Part shown: piece after piece, positions 35,014-45,110 of the stretch | Layout: every line of letters starts with the position of its first letter | How positions within the stretch are numbered: the stretch's first letter is position 1 | Sequence record: PQ301181 | Reading direction: 5' to 3' (one strand) | Source of the DNA: Escherichia phage EP02SG | DNA: 64,000 nt | The notes under the pieces: model-generated | What the model was told of the DNA's origin: nothing | The model's input: only the letters and a program-made list of their open reading frames with translations | Database searches by the model: none | Translations under genes and position numbers: made by a program

Positions 35014-35645
35014 TGTTCGCCTCGTAACATGGCACCTAGTGCACCGCCGGGGTGGAACTTAAGGAAGTCATTAGAGGTAAATCCACGTTCAGACGAAAGG
35101 TTGATAGCAAACGTATCGATAAGCGCTAACAACAATGTAGTGGACATGGTCGGAGCCAGAGAATTCTCATCAACCTCTACTGCGATGCCTGTACAGAACG
35201 TATAATCAAAAAGAGCTTCGTATTCTTGTGGAATGTCCGGGTTACAATGCAACAGAATCTGTTTGACGTTCGGACGAATCATTTTAAGATGCTTAGCCAC
35301 GCCTATCATTTCTTCAGTTTTACCAGAACGACTAATATGAATCAACACATCATTAGGCGCAATGAATCCTGCATCACCGTGAGAATAATGCCCAGTGTTC
35401 AAGTACATACTCGGGATACCGAGTGAAGCAAATGTCTCAGAAGCTTTAGTTGCAATATTAGCATTCTTACCAACACCTGTAATAATTACTCGGCTTTCAT
35501 AATTACTAAGTCCTGGGCGTCGAAGAGTTTCTAGAATAGCATTATAACGAGCAGGGTTTTGACTAATTACTTTGGCCATAGCGGCCAAAGAAGAAGCTTG
35601 TTTTATGATTGCGTCAATAGCGATAGTAATAGGAGTAGTTTTCAT
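35010..35645 (-). CDS. SIS-domain sugar-phosphate isomerase, arabinose-5-phosphate isomerase (KdsD/GutQ/KpsF)-like
   Basis: 211-aa track ORF; ITGVGKNANIATKASETFASLGIPS...HGDAGFI...VLIHISRSGKTEE...LAPTMSTTLLLALIDTF...FHPGGALG match SIS/API signature; no CBS domains. Confidence 0.7.
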   Translation of the reverse strand: MKTTPITIAIDAIIKQASSLAAMAKVISQNPARYNAILETLRRPGLSNYESRVIITGVGKNANIATKASETFASLGIPSMYLNTGHYSHGDAGFIAPNDVLIHISRSGKTEEMIGVAKHLKMIRPNVKQILLHCNPDIPQEYEALFDYTFCTGIAVEVDENSLAPTMSTTLLLALIDTFAINLSSERGFTSNDFLKFHPGGALGAMLRGEQ

Positions 35646-35685
35646 ATTTCTCTCATTTAATTAGTTTACCGTCCATGACATTATA

Positions 35686-38397
35686 TCAAAAATCGAACAT
35701 ATCGAACAGAGATGCTTTCTTCTCATAATCGAGTTTCGCTGCTGATGTGAATCCTTCAAGTGGTTTAATAAATGTCTTCTCAAGGAGAACAGTGTAGTCC
35801 ATCCAGTGAAGTACATCGTCTTTAATTAAATCTGTGATTTCAGTACCAGAAGGCCATGCGATACATTTATCACCGAATGGGTTTCCTTCACGTAAAGGCA
35901 GAACATATACTTTTTCACCTTCTACAACTTGCGGTGCATCGATATTACCTTTGATAGCACGGTTATACGTCAGAATTCCACGAATATGGAACGGGCATTT
36001 GGGACCAGGGAATCCACCTACATCATATTTAGCAATGTTATTCGCAGAAGATACCGACGCGATGCTAATATAATTCAATTGACGGAATTCTTTTTCAAAC
36101 TCTTTAAAATATTCTTGTAATGATTCTTCACCTTCTTGAAGCATACGACGAATACATTCTTTAAGAGCTTTCTGTACTGCTTTAGGAGTCGAAGATTTCT
36201 GAGTCTCTAGACCCATGATTTTGAGTTTAGGCTCAGCGTAACGAGTACCTTCCATATCCCACACGTTTAATGCATAACGTTTCTTACCAGTCCAGAATCC
36301 ACCAATACCTTTAGAACCGAGTGGAGGCCCAGCGATAGCTTCTCGGTCCATGAACATTAAGTGTTGTTTATTGTTCATGTATTCACACATTTCACGGAAA
36401 CCTCTATCAATAGCTGGTTCCATACGTTCACGTGCAAACTTATCTAAGAAGTCTACCCAATGGTTGGTATCACGGAATTTAGATTCACCAACCTTATCGA
36501 TAATTTTATCAGCAGATACGTAAATAGAGTCTGTATCACCATAAAGAACGAAAGCTTCACCTTCTGTGCCACAAACTTCATTCAGATATTCATTAACTTT
36601 ACGTTCAATCCACTGTAAAGCCATTTGACCAAATGTTGTGATTGCAGTAGCATTACGCAAATCATAATAACGGAACCAAACGTTGCCAAGTGCACCATAA
36701 AGTGAGTTGATAAGCAATTTACGGTTAATTTGGGCAGTCATACCTGCAACTTCAGTACGTTGAGCTCTAAACAACATTTCATTAAGAGATTTAGCAGACA
36801 ACTTTTTAATCTTTTCTTTAATCTCATCACTGAAGTCGAAACGATAATCAACATCTAATGGTTCATCAACAGAAAGATTAGGATTATGCAATGCCTCTTT
36901 AATTATTTCACCATTACGTTGAGCTGCAAGCATGTAACCTTTATGTTCTTTACGTTGATTAAAGACCTTAGTGATTTCAGTTGGAACTACACCATCACGG
37001 TCTTTATAATACATCATGCCGTTAGGAGAACAACTGTACACATCAGAAGGACGTTCAGCAACAGCGTTAATATAATCATGCAATGGAGCTACTTTAAACG
37101 TTCCTGCTATTGTTTCTGGGCTAATATTCACTTGGCGAATAATACTTGGATACAGGGATGTAAGGTCGAAACTCATTACATATTTGTATCGATTTGGAAT
37201 AGGTTCCTTAACAAAAGCGCCTGGATAAGGTTGAACCGGATGAGAACGACCTTGTGGAATCACCTTGTTCTGCTCTTTAAGGCTATTAAAAATAATAGCA
37301 TCCCAAGTTTTAATTGGACTGAACACAGATTGAATCTGAATTTTAGCATAATAACCCATGTCCAAGCTCAAGTTAATGAACTGGCGTTTAGCATCAATTT
37401 GCAATACACGATACACGTCGATAATGTTATAAGAAATATATCGTTGGTGATTGCTTTCACGAAGCTTAGAAATAGGGCCGTCATATTTCAGTTTACCAAC
37501 GTTCAATTCAAATTCTGAAATGTAATCCAAAGAATATGACGGTTGATTGGTAAAAGAGAATTTTTTGTAAAGGTCAATATAATCAAGAACAGAGATACCG
37601 AACAATGTAATGATTTCACGAGAACCATACATGTTTTCGATAACTTTAACACGAGTTTTACGATGTGGTGATAAACGTTTCGCAGTAGATTCGCCAAAAA
37701 TATTCTTGATTCGGTTATACACATATGGAATATCAAATGACTCAACGTTCCATCCAGTCAAAATGACAGGAGTTTTCTGTTGCCAGAAGTTGAGATATTC
37801 CATCAACAATTCTTTTTCGTTATCGAACGGCATATAAATGATTTTATCGATAATTTCGGATGGAACTTCATCACCGCCTTGTTCTTGAAGCTTAGCCGCA
37901 ATTTCGATAGACCATTCTTCTACATTACCATATGGAGAATTCAATAGATCAAATACGTAGAACCTGTCATCAATTGAGTCATAATGGGTGATAGCATCAA
38001 TCGGATGTTTTGCTTGGGACGGCTCAGGGAACCCGTCCGGAGATGTTACTTCGATGTCGAAGTTAGCCACACGAATTTTTGTATGGTCGTATTTGATTTC
38101 ATAGTTATAAGTGTCAGACAAATACGCCAATTTGAAATCGTCCATGCCAAGTGCTTCAAGACCGATATCTTCCATGCGTTTAATCCATTGGGAGGCATCA
38201 CGCATATTAGCGAACAACTTACGAGTACACGGCTTACCGTAGATATCGAAATATTTCGTAGCCTGACTTTCTGGACAATGAGCAAACAGTGATGGTTTAT
38301 ATTCTACTTCACGAGTACGTTCACGGCCGTTAGAATCGATGTAACGTTCAAAAATTGAATCACCAATCTGTTCAACCGTTAAGTAAAATTCTTTCAT
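35686..38397 (-). CDS. 43: DNA polymerase gp43 (family B, with 3'-5' exonuclease)
   Basis: 903-aa track ORF; exo motif FDIEV, pol motifs KLLINSLYGALG and YGDTDS; N-terminus MKEFYLTVEQIGDSIFERYIDSNGRER as I remember RB69 gp43. Confidence 0.95.
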   Translation of the reverse strand: MKEFYLTVEQIGDSIFERYIDSNGRERTREVEYKPSLFAHCPESQATKYFDIYGKPCTRKLFANMRDASQWIKRMEDIGLEALGMDDFKLAYLSDTYNYEIKYDHTKIRVANFDIEVTSPDGFPEPSQAKHPIDAITHYDSIDDRFYVFDLLNSPYGNVEEWSIEIAAKLQEQGGDEVPSEIIDKIIYMPFDNEKELLMEYLNFWQQKTPVILTGWNVESFDIPYVYNRIKNIFGESTAKRLSPHRKTRVKVIENMYGSREIITLFGISVLDYIDLYKKFSFTNQPSYSLDYISEFELNVGKLKYDGPISKLRESNHQRYISYNIIDVYRVLQIDAKRQFINLSLDMGYYAKIQIQSVFSPIKTWDAIIFNSLKEQNKVIPQGRSHPVQPYPGAFVKEPIPNRYKYVMSFDLTSLYPSIIRQVNISPETIAGTFKVAPLHDYINAVAERPSDVYSCSPNGMMYYKDRDGVVPTEITKVFNQRKEHKGYMLAAQRNGEIIKEALHNPNLSVDEPLDVDYRFDFSDEIKEKIKKLSAKSLNEMLFRAQRTEVAGMTAQINRKLLINSLYGALGNVWFRYYDLRNATAITTFGQMALQWIERKVNEYLNEVCGTEGEAFVLYGDTDSIYVSADKIIDKVGESKFRDTNHWVDFLDKFARERMEPAIDRGFREMCEYMNNKQHLMFMDREAIAGPPLGSKGIGGFWTGKKRYALNVWDMEGTRYAEPKLKIMGLETQKSSTPKAVQKALKECIRRMLQEGEESLQEYFKEFEKEFRQLNYISIASVSSANNIAKYDVGGFPGPKCPFHIRGILTYNRAIKGNIDAPQVVEGEKVYVLPLREGNPFGDKCIAWPSGTEITDLIKDDVLHWMDYTVLLEKTFIKPLEGFTSAAKLDYEKKASLFDMFDF

Positions 38398-38454
38398 TTA
38401 ATTTCCTTTAGACGAGTTATTGTCTTTTGTTTGTTGATGAACTTATTATACTCC

Positions 38455-38474
38455 AAATGGGACCGAAGTCCCAT
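38455..38474 (-). other. C(UUCG)G hairpin between regA and gene 43
   Basis: rc AAUGGGACUUCGGUCCCAUU followed by UGGAGUAUAAU. Confidence 0.4.
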
Positions 38475-38478
38475 TGCT

Positions 38479-38847
38479 TTAATTACCAATTGTATATTTT
38501 GCTTTCAAAGTCCAGTCATCTTTCTGTTTAAAAGAGATAACACGGAAGTTATTAGTCAGGCTAAATAGATCTTCACGAGCAGAATCTTCAATAACAATCA
38601 ATCCCCAGTCTTCAAGCAACTGAGCAATCGAATCACGTCGCTGATAGTCTTCACCATCAATATCAACCTGACGTCCGTCCATACGCAGCATTTCTTTAAA
38701 GTGGACGATATAGTATTTACCTTGTTTTTGGAGGATATGACAAGACTGGTAAAGGACTTTATCCTTGTTATTAGCGATGCCCATACGGGTCAAAGTCTCT
38801 TTGACTTTCAGAAAATCTTCAGGGTTCTTCAATTTAATTTCAATCAT
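38479..38847 (-). CDS. regA: RegA translational repressor
   Basis: Track ORF 38479..38856 trimmed to MIEIKLK; KPEDFLKVKETLTRMGIANNKDKVLYQSCHILQK...NNFRVISFKQK match remembered T4 RegA. Confidence 0.85.
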   Translation of the reverse strand: MIEIKLKNPEDFLKVKETLTRMGIANNKDKVLYQSCHILQKQGKYYIVHFKEMLRMDGRQVDIDGEDYQRRDSIAQLLEDWGLIVIEDSAREDLFSLTNNFRVISFKQKDDWTLKAKYTIGN

Positions 38848-38849
38848 TT

Positions 38850-39413
38850 TTACCATTCCAATGCTAATTTTTTAAATTGTTTTTGTTCTTTCACATTTTT
38901 TGTAACTTCTTTGAGAAACTCATCAGTGACCATGGCCTTCAGTTCTTTAAGGACTATTGGCAACTTGTTATTTTTTTCAAGGAGCCGCTTATACTCAGTA
39001 GCATCATTCATGTTGATTGTGTAATGTTTCATCAACAGTTTGATAACTAGTAACTCTGAAGTGTCTTCGACTAGTTTAGCCCATTTAGAGAATCGACGAC
39101 CACGCGGAATTGCCGCCATCATATAGTTGAAGTGCGCTTCATCACTTAATTCAGAACCGACTAAGTTCATCATGTAAACAGCTGGCATACATTCTGGGAA
39201 CTGGGATAATGAGTTCTCAACCATAAATTTTGAGTAGTCGACCTGAGCAATTGACATAGATTTCTTTTCATTAATAGCATTAATGATTTTAAAGAATTCA
39301 TTCTCAGGTTTTTCTTTAAACATATCAGCACATTTTTGAATCGCATCGGCGTCATTAGACTTCCATGCAATTTGGTGCTCGTTAAGCTGGACGTCATCAT
39401 CAAATAAGTTCAT
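38850..39413 (-). CDS. 62: clamp-loader small subunit gp62
   Basis: 187-aa track ORF; [12 protein letters not shown]...[20 protein letters not shown]...[13 protein letters not shown] match remembered T4 gp62. Confidence 0.9.
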   Translation of the reverse strand: MNLFDDDVQLNEHQIAWKSNDADAIQKCADMFKEKPENEFFKIINAINEKKSMSIAQVDYSKFMVENSLSQFPECMPAVYMMNLVGSELSDEAHFNYMMAAIPRGRRFSKWAKLVEDTSELLVIKLLMKHYTINMNDATEYKRLLEKNNKLPIVLKELKAMVTDEFLKEVTKNVKEQKQFKKLALEW

Positions 39414-39414
39414 A

Positions 39415-40377
39415 TTATTTCCAAGTTAATTCGCAGGTCAGTTGAAGAAGCATATACATAACATGTAATTCAATATTACTTGCTAATCCATGAAACTTAT
39501 TGTTTTCGCCTGCAATTTCATAAAGCGAAATAATACTTTTACCAGGTGCAACTTGGTCATAACATTCTGAAACTAATTTATCGATGAACCATGAATAATC
39601 TGCGGCATATTTTGGAGCTAATGCACGAAGCTGTTTGATATCTTTGTTCTTCATTGCTTCGATAACATCAGAGACTGTGCCACGGTCATTAGTTACGATA
39701 GACAAAATACCTGCATCAAGAACACCTTTAGACGAGTACTGGTCTAATTGTCCAATTGTACGACGAAAGTCCGGAAAGTTCTTTTTAACCAGAGCTGCAA
39801 CAACTTTCATATCAGCGATTTCGATATTTTCATTCTTACAGATTTCAACCATACGATGAATCATTTTCTTCATCATCGAGATTTTATCTTCTTCGGTTGG
39901 ACGTCCGAATTCGATAACTCGACAACGACTACGTAATGGTTCAATAATTCCATCGATGTTGTTAGCAGTAATAACAATAGAGCAGTTACTAGAGAATTCT
40001 TCCATAAACGTACGAAGGTGACGTTGTGATTCGGCGAGGCCACTACGGTCAAATTCATCAATAACAATAACTTTAGGCTTGCCTTCCATTGAGACTGAAC
40101 GAGCGAATGCGGTTAACGGACCCCGCACAAAATCAATCTTACAATCAGAACCGTTGACGAACATCATTTCGGCATTGATATCATTACATAATGCTTTTGC
40201 TACGGTTGTTTTACCTGTACCAGGAGAAGGAGAGTGCAAAATAATATGAGGAAGTTTTCCTTTAGATACTAAAGACTTGAATGTTTCATGGTCATACGCA
40301 GGCAGAATACATTCGTCAATGGAAGAAGGACGATATTTCTGTTCTAGAATGTGTTCTTTAGAATTGATAGTAATCAT
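39415..40377 (-). CDS. 44: clamp-loader large subunit gp44 (AAA+)
   Basis: 320-aa track ORF; Walker [21 protein letters not shown]; matches remembered T4 gp44. Confidence 0.9.
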   Translation of the reverse strand: MITINSKEHILEQKYRPSSIDECILPAYDHETFKSLVSKGKLPHIILHSPSPGTGKTTVAKALCNDINAEMMFVNGSDCKIDFVRGPLTAFARSVSMEGKPKVIVIDEFDRSGLAESQRHLRTFMEEFSSNCSIVITANNIDGIIEPLRSRCRVIEFGRPTEEDKISMMKKMIHRMVEICKNENIEIADMKVVAALVKKNFPDFRRTIGQLDQYSSKGVLDAGILSIVTNDRGTVSDVIEAMKNKDIKQLRALAPKYAADYSWFIDKLVSECYDQVAPGKSIISLYEIAGENNKFHGLASNIELHVMYMLLQLTCELTWK

Positions 40378-40452
40378 GTAATTTTCCTCATTATCATTAA
40401 ACTGGAGGATTTCTCCTCCATAATCGTATTACAATAAACGTAAAGCTTTGAC

Positions 40453-41139
40453 TTAGAAGTCGTGAGTAGAATCAGCTTCCATCGCAATAACATAACTTAC
40501 TTGAGAGCTTTCAAACTTGGCTGCAACTTTATCACCAGCTCCCCACAACATTACTTTATAGTTACCTGGCTGAATTTTCATATTAGCCATATTGATTACG
40601 AAGTTAAAGTTGTTAGAACCATCATAATCGGTAAGAGTCAAAGAATACTTAGGACGAGTTAGTCCAGAATCTTCAACTTTATTATAGCCATTGATAACAA
40701 TTTTACCATCTTTATTTGTAATAGCAATTGTATCAATCTGAAGACCACGTGAAACTCGAAGCAATTGTTGAAGGTCTTCAGCTTTAATTTCAGTAATCAC
40801 AGAAGCCACTGGGAATTGAATTGGCTTATTAGGAAAAACAATGGTGCTCTTGTCAGCGGCTGGCCAATAAACTGTGGAACGTGTATCTGCAATTTTAATA
40901 TTGCCATCGGTGTGCATTGAAATTTCGGCGTCATCAGACACTAGACTCAAAATGCTTAAGAAGCTATTCAAATCATAAAGTGCTACGTCAAAATCAATTT
41001 CATCAGAGATATTTGCTTCCGCATAAGTGGTGCCATTAACTGCACGAGTCATAATAAATTTACCTTGACTCAGCAGAATGCCGGAGTTAATAGAGGCAAA
41101 GTTTTTCAGAATAGCGATAGTATCTTTAGACAGTTTCAT
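40453..41139 (-). CDS. 45: sliding clamp gp45
   Basis: Track ORF 40453..41154 trimmed to MKLSKDT; LLKNFA.INSGI...QLLRVSRGLQIDTIAIT match remembered T4 gp45. Confidence 0.9.
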   Translation of the reverse strand: MKLSKDTIAILKNFASINSGILLSQGKFIMTRAVNGTTYAEANISDEIDFDVALYDLNSFLSILSLVSDDAEISMHTDGNIKIADTRSTVYWPAADKSTIVFPNKPIQFPVASVITEIKAEDLQQLLRVSRGLQIDTIAITNKDGKIVINGYNKVEDSGLTRPKYSLTLTDYDGSNNFNFVINMANMKIQPGNYKVMLWGAGDKVAAKFESSQVSYVIAMEADSTHDF

Positions 41140-41179
41140 TTTATTTCCTTTCAAGACAATTCAAAGTTTAACAAATTTA

Positions 41180-41596
41180 TTATGCAGCAACCATCTGCTT
41201 TTTAATAGCTTCAGGCAGTGATTCAATATATTCTGGAATTTTAGAAGCAACAATTTCACCAGCTGCAATTAGTTGTTCGTCGGCATCAACACAGTAGAAA
41301 TCTTCCAGACGCTCAGAACCATCTTTATCAAGAACGATTTTTCCACCGGCTTCAATAGAATCTTTATAGTGCTTACGCATCAGATGAATCCACATATCAG
41401 ATACATCATTATCAATAAAACCATAAATCATAAAACGAGTTTCTTGTGGCAAAGATTGGAGTTTTTTAGCACTTGCGTCATCACAATGCAGGACCCATGC
41501 TTTACGAACACGGTTATGGTTATGTGGGTTAGCGTCAGTACGGATAGAAGTAACTTTCAGATCAGCAGCAGTGAAACCTTTAGCAGTAGTAAACAT
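41180..41596 (-). CDS. rpbA: RpbA-like RNA polymerase-binding protein (by position)
   Basis: 138-aa track ORF directly after gene 45 as in T4; similarity not verified. Confidence 0.5.
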   Translation of the reverse strand: MFTTAKGFTAADLKVTSIRTDANPHNHNRVRKAWVLHCDDASAKKLQSLPQETRFMIYGFIDNDVSDMWIHLMRKHYKDSIEAGGKIVLDKDGSERLEDFYCVDADEQLIAAGEIVASKIPEYIESLPEAIKKQMVAA

Positions 41597-41608
41597 ATTA
41601 TTTCTCTC

Positions 41609-41809
41609 TTATTCGTAGAAGTCGGTAACTGTCCATGCAGAATTGCGATTAGACATTATTTTATTATACTCGTCTTTAAAAGCAGATTTGAGCATTTGTT
41701 CAGTAACAATATGTTCTTCACCTGAAAACGTATTGGTCAAAACATATTTTTTAATTTCAGGGACAACGAGAAGATGTTGGCCAGTTGAATACTCCATGTT
41801 GTTCTCCAT
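41609..41809 (-). CDS. hypothetical protein (45.2 position)
   Basis: 66-aa track ORF. Confidence 0.4.
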   Translation of the reverse strand: MENNMEYSTGQHLLVVPEIKKYVLTNTFSGEEHIVTEQMLKSAFKDEYNKIMSNRNSAWTVTDFYE

Positions 41810-41851
41810 TTAATTTGATGTGGTCATTATAACCACATCGTGTTAAAGCGT

Positions 41852-43540
41852 TTATGAAACAGTCATTACCGTAAATCGTCCAACTTTGCTCATCTGAAGA
41901 TGTTGTCCATAACGTTGAGGGTCATGGTCTCGATGAGAGATAATGAACACATTAGTATTTTGTAAACTTCCAAGAATGGTATCTATAGCCTTAACAGCCT
42001 CAGAATCGACAGCACCATCAAAAACCTCATCAAGAATCAGAGTGTTGATTTTAACGCCAGAGACCTTTTCAGCAATATCTCGCCATGTAAACAACAATGC
42101 GATATCGATACGTGCCTTTTCACCTTGACTAAATGAAGCGTAACTAAAGTCTTCACGACCACGTGATTTTATAGATTCATTGAATTCTTCGTCAATAGAA
42201 AACACGTAATCAGCTTCCATGATTTTAAGATAGTGGTTAATCTGCTTGTTAAACAGAGGCACATATTTTTTAATGATAGCACCTTTAATACCAGAATCTT
42301 TTAACATATCTGTGATAATACCACGATGGTATTTTTCAAGAACGATATCAGATTTTGTTTTAATGATTTTATCAAGTTCTTTTTGAAGCAAAGCTATCTC
42401 ATCGGCATGGTCGATAAATTCCGCTGAGGCTTGTTCTATTGCAGCTTTAACTTTCTTAGCTTTATCAATAGTGGCAATCATTGCTTGTTTCTTGGTACGA
42501 ATATCAGATGCAAGGTCCTGTTTAGTCTTAACATTAGCTCTATATTCGTCCACTAGGACACTCAGATTATCTCTGTGACATGTAAGTTGCTCGAATGAGT
42601 GATTACATTCATGAAGCTTATCGGTAATCTTAGAGACAATAGGATCACCCTGGTGCAACTGTGACGCACAAGTAGGACATGTACCACCATCATGATACAT
42701 CTTAATAACTTTGTTATATGAGTCAATTTTAGATTTAATCAAGAATGCTTCTTGTCCTATCTTGTTGAATGCCTCAGTAGGGTCTTCATCAAGAACGATA
42801 TTAAGTAGACGCTCGTTAGCTTCTTCGATTTCTGCTTTTAATGAACGAGCTTCTTTGGCTAGGTCGTCATACATATTCTGTAGACGCGCTACATTATCAC
42901 CAGATAATTTCTTTTGACGTTCGATATTCTCGTTATAAATCTTAATTTGTTGGATAATACCATCTTTCTTGGCATCGAGAACTTGACCCTGGGAATTAAG
43001 TTCTCGAACTTGAGACTTATTGATTTTATCCATTTCAGCGAGTGTGCCGACTTCTAAAAGGTCTTCGACAAGTTTTCTACGAGCAGGGGTGCTAAGAGCC
43101 ATGAAAGGGGTATACCCTGCCGTCCCAAGCACAACGATTTGTTTAAAAGACGCGTATGACATTCCGATGCTACGTTCAAATTCTTCTTGGAAGTCACGAC
43201 TGCTGGCAGATTCATCAAGACGAACACCGTCAACGGAGATTTCGAAAATATTGGGCTTTTGGCCGCGTTTAATGAAGTATTTTTTACCATCGAATTCCAT
43301 CCAAAGCTCAACTAAGAGCTCTTTCTTGTTCGTGCTATTAATGATTTGCCCTTTCTTAACATCACGAAATGGTTTACCGAAAAGTCCGAAAGTAATGGCT
43401 TCTAACATCGTAGATTTACCACCACCATTTTTACCAGTGATTAATGTCTTTTGGACTTTATCTAATTGGATATCAATAGGATTCCCACCTACCGACATGA
43501 TATTTTGATAACGAACACGATTTAATTTAAATGATTTCAT
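41852..43540 (-). CDS. 46: recombination endonuclease subunit gp46 (Rad50/SbcC-like)
   Basis: 562-aa track ORF; Walker A GKNGGGKSTMLEAITFGLFG, central coiled coil with CPTC hook, signature and Walker B at C-terminus. Confidence 0.9.
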   Translation of the reverse strand: MKSFKLNRVRYQNIMSVGGNPIDIQLDKVQKTLITGKNGGGKSTMLEAITFGLFGKPFRDVKKGQIINSTNKKELLVELWMEFDGKKYFIKRGQKPNIFEISVDGVRLDESASSRDFQEEFERSIGMSYASFKQIVVLGTAGYTPFMALSTPARRKLVEDLLEVGTLAEMDKINKSQVRELNSQGQVLDAKKDGIIQQIKIYNENIERQKKLSGDNVARLQNMYDDLAKEARSLKAEIEEANERLLNIVLDEDPTEAFNKIGQEAFLIKSKIDSYNKVIKMYHDGGTCPTCASQLHQGDPIVSKITDKLHECNHSFEQLTCHRDNLSVLVDEYRANVKTKQDLASDIRTKKQAMIATIDKAKKVKAAIEQASAEFIDHADEIALLQKELDKIIKTKSDIVLEKYHRGIITDMLKDSGIKGAIIKKYVPLFNKQINHYLKIMEADYVFSIDEEFNESIKSRGREDFSYASFSQGEKARIDIALLFTWRDIAEKVSGVKINTLILDEVFDGAVDSEAVKAIDTILGSLQNTNVFIISHRDHDPQRYGQHLQMSKVGRFTVMTVS

Positions 43541-43776
43541 ATGTATTCTCTTCGAATGAAGTCCTCTACATATTTTAACATGTCATCTCTATCAGCAAAA
43601 TATTCATCTAGTTCTGCATACATAACAACACCTGGTGCGTACTCACAGGTAACATACATTGTTCCAAAGAAACGAGGAGTTGATTCCTCGTAATTCTCAG
43701 TCCATTCAACGACACCAATATAACCGTCACCAATACTAAATTCATGACGATGGATTTCATAGTCAGTCTTCGTCAT
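43537..43776 (-). CDS. hypothetical protein (46.1 position)
   Basis: Track ORF 43537..43791; start chosen at MTKTDYE; stop overlaps gp46 start. Confidence 0.45.
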   Translation of the reverse strand: MTKTDYEIHRHEFSIGDGYIGVVEWTENYEESTPRFFGTMYVTCEYAPGVVMYAELDEYFADRDDMLKYVEDFIRREYI

Positions 43777-44020
43777 TATACGCATCCTCAATACACGCTT
43801 CAGCCATTTTAAGAATAGAGCCAGGAGTATCGTTGTCCATTATATTAAAGCTAAATTCAATAGCCCAGTCTGTGCAGACATGAACTGCTTTAACTTCATT
43901 GCCTTCAACGCGTAATGGCTCAATCCAATACTTGATAGTGTTCTCGAATCCATCATCATCTTTAACGTCTATTTCAACTTCAAGCCCGAGCCCAGCATTG
44001 TTAAATTCATCTAAAGTCAT
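43763..44020 (-). CDS. hypothetical acidic protein (46.2 position)
   Basis: 85-aa track ORF; stop overlaps gp47 start. Confidence 0.45.
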   Translation of the reverse strand: MTLDEFNNAGLGLEVEIDVKDDDGFENTIKYWIEPLRVEGNEVKAVHVCTDWAIEFSFNIMDNDTPGSILKMAEACIEDAYNDED

Positions 44021-45036
44021 TGTGTTGCCTCAATATAAAGTTCGTTAGAATATTTGACCAGCGCTTCTCTGTCTTCGTCTGAGATATCTGGAATCGCGTC
44101 AATATATTCTTTAATGATATCTTGAAGTGATTTAATCTCGATTTCCTGGTCGTCATCAGATTCAACACTGTTATCAACTTTAGAAACCATACGAAGAGAG
44201 TGAACTACTTTTTCAAGTTCAGATTCAAACTTAGTCAACTCTGAATCAATTTCTGATACTATAACACGTAAGGCTAGATTAGTATAATCAGAATAATTGA
44301 TTTTGCCTTTAAACGGATAAGTGATTCGTCGATGCCATGTTGTTTCATTAGGAATAAATTCCATACGTTCAACATCAGTGTCAAATACCCAGAATCCTCG
44401 AGGGTCGTTTTCATCACCTGCAGTAAGGGTCCATGGTGTCCCAATATATTTGACGTTAGCAGCTTCAGAGATTGTGTGGAAGTGGCCGGACCAGACTTGT
44501 TTATAGGTCTTTAAGAAATCAGGTTCAAGCCCATGAGACTTCATTCCTTTATAGAAATAAAAACCATTCAGTTCCCAATGCCCAACACAATAAGCGGCAG
44601 AAGAAGTCTTGATGTGCTCTAAGATTTCACCTGTATTTTCTTCGCACATCCAAGGAATTAAATCAATCAAACATCCGTCAAAATCTACTGTAGTAGGCTT
44701 ATCATATACTTTAACATTAGGATATTTAGCCAAAAGCTCAGTAGAAGCATTTGGAGTTAAAGTATTTTTAAAGTGCATATCATGGTTTCCTACAACGGTA
44801 TGTAGTGCAATACCAGCATCATCAAGCATTTGAACTATTTCACGGGCGAATTCCATAGTTTTATGTGTGATTGCTTTTCGCACATCAAAAATATCGCCAT
44901 ATTGAATCCATGTAGTAATTCCGTTTTTCTTAGAATATTCTATTGCTTGTTTAATTCCATCCAACTGAATGGATTGAACCCACTCATCATCGGCTTTAAC
45001 ACCTAAATGCCAATCACCTAAATTTAAAATTTTCAT
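44017..45036 (-). CDS. 47: recombination endonuclease subunit gp47 (Mre11/SbcD-like)
   Basis: 339-aa track ORF; phosphoesterase motifs GDWHLG, GDIFD, GNHD, GHWE, GHFH; GAGGAA SD. Confidence 0.9.
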   Translation of the reverse strand: MKILNLGDWHLGVKADDEWVQSIQLDGIKQAIEYSKKNGITTWIQYGDIFDVRKAITHKTMEFAREIVQMLDDAGIALHTVVGNHDMHFKNTLTPNASTELLAKYPNVKVYDKPTTVDFDGCLIDLIPWMCEENTGEILEHIKTSSAAYCVGHWELNGFYFYKGMKSHGLEPDFLKTYKQVWSGHFHTISEAANVKYIGTPWTLTAGDENDPRGFWVFDTDVERMEFIPNETTWHRRITYPFKGKINYSDYTNLALRVIVSEIDSELTKFESELEKVVHSLRMVSKVDNSVESDDDQEIEIKSLQDIIKEYIDAIPDISDEDREALVKYSNELYIEATQ

Positions 45037-45059
45037 ATTATTTCCTCATTAGTTAATTC

Positions 45060-45085
45060 ATTCTATCATCCGTTTATAAAGCAAA
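45060..45085 (-). promoter_or_regulatory. MotA-dependent middle promoter upstream of gene 47
   Basis: rc: TTTGCTTTA - 11 nt - TAGAAT; shares ATTCTATCATCCG...TAAAGCAAAA block with the gene 39 promoter. Confidence 0.5.
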
Positions 45086-45110
45086 AAAAAAAGGAACTCC
45101 GAAGAGTTCC
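45083..45110 (-). terminator. rho-independent terminator upstream of gene 47
   Basis: rc GGAACUCUUCGGAGUUCC followed by U10. Confidence 0.6.

Noticed and set aside
35660-35680. GTTTAC on the plus strand between gene 43 and the SIS gene, as a plus-strand promoter
   Set aside because: No plus-strand gene downstream; the 40-bp gap mainly provides the SD (GAGAGAAAT) for the minus-strand SIS gene.
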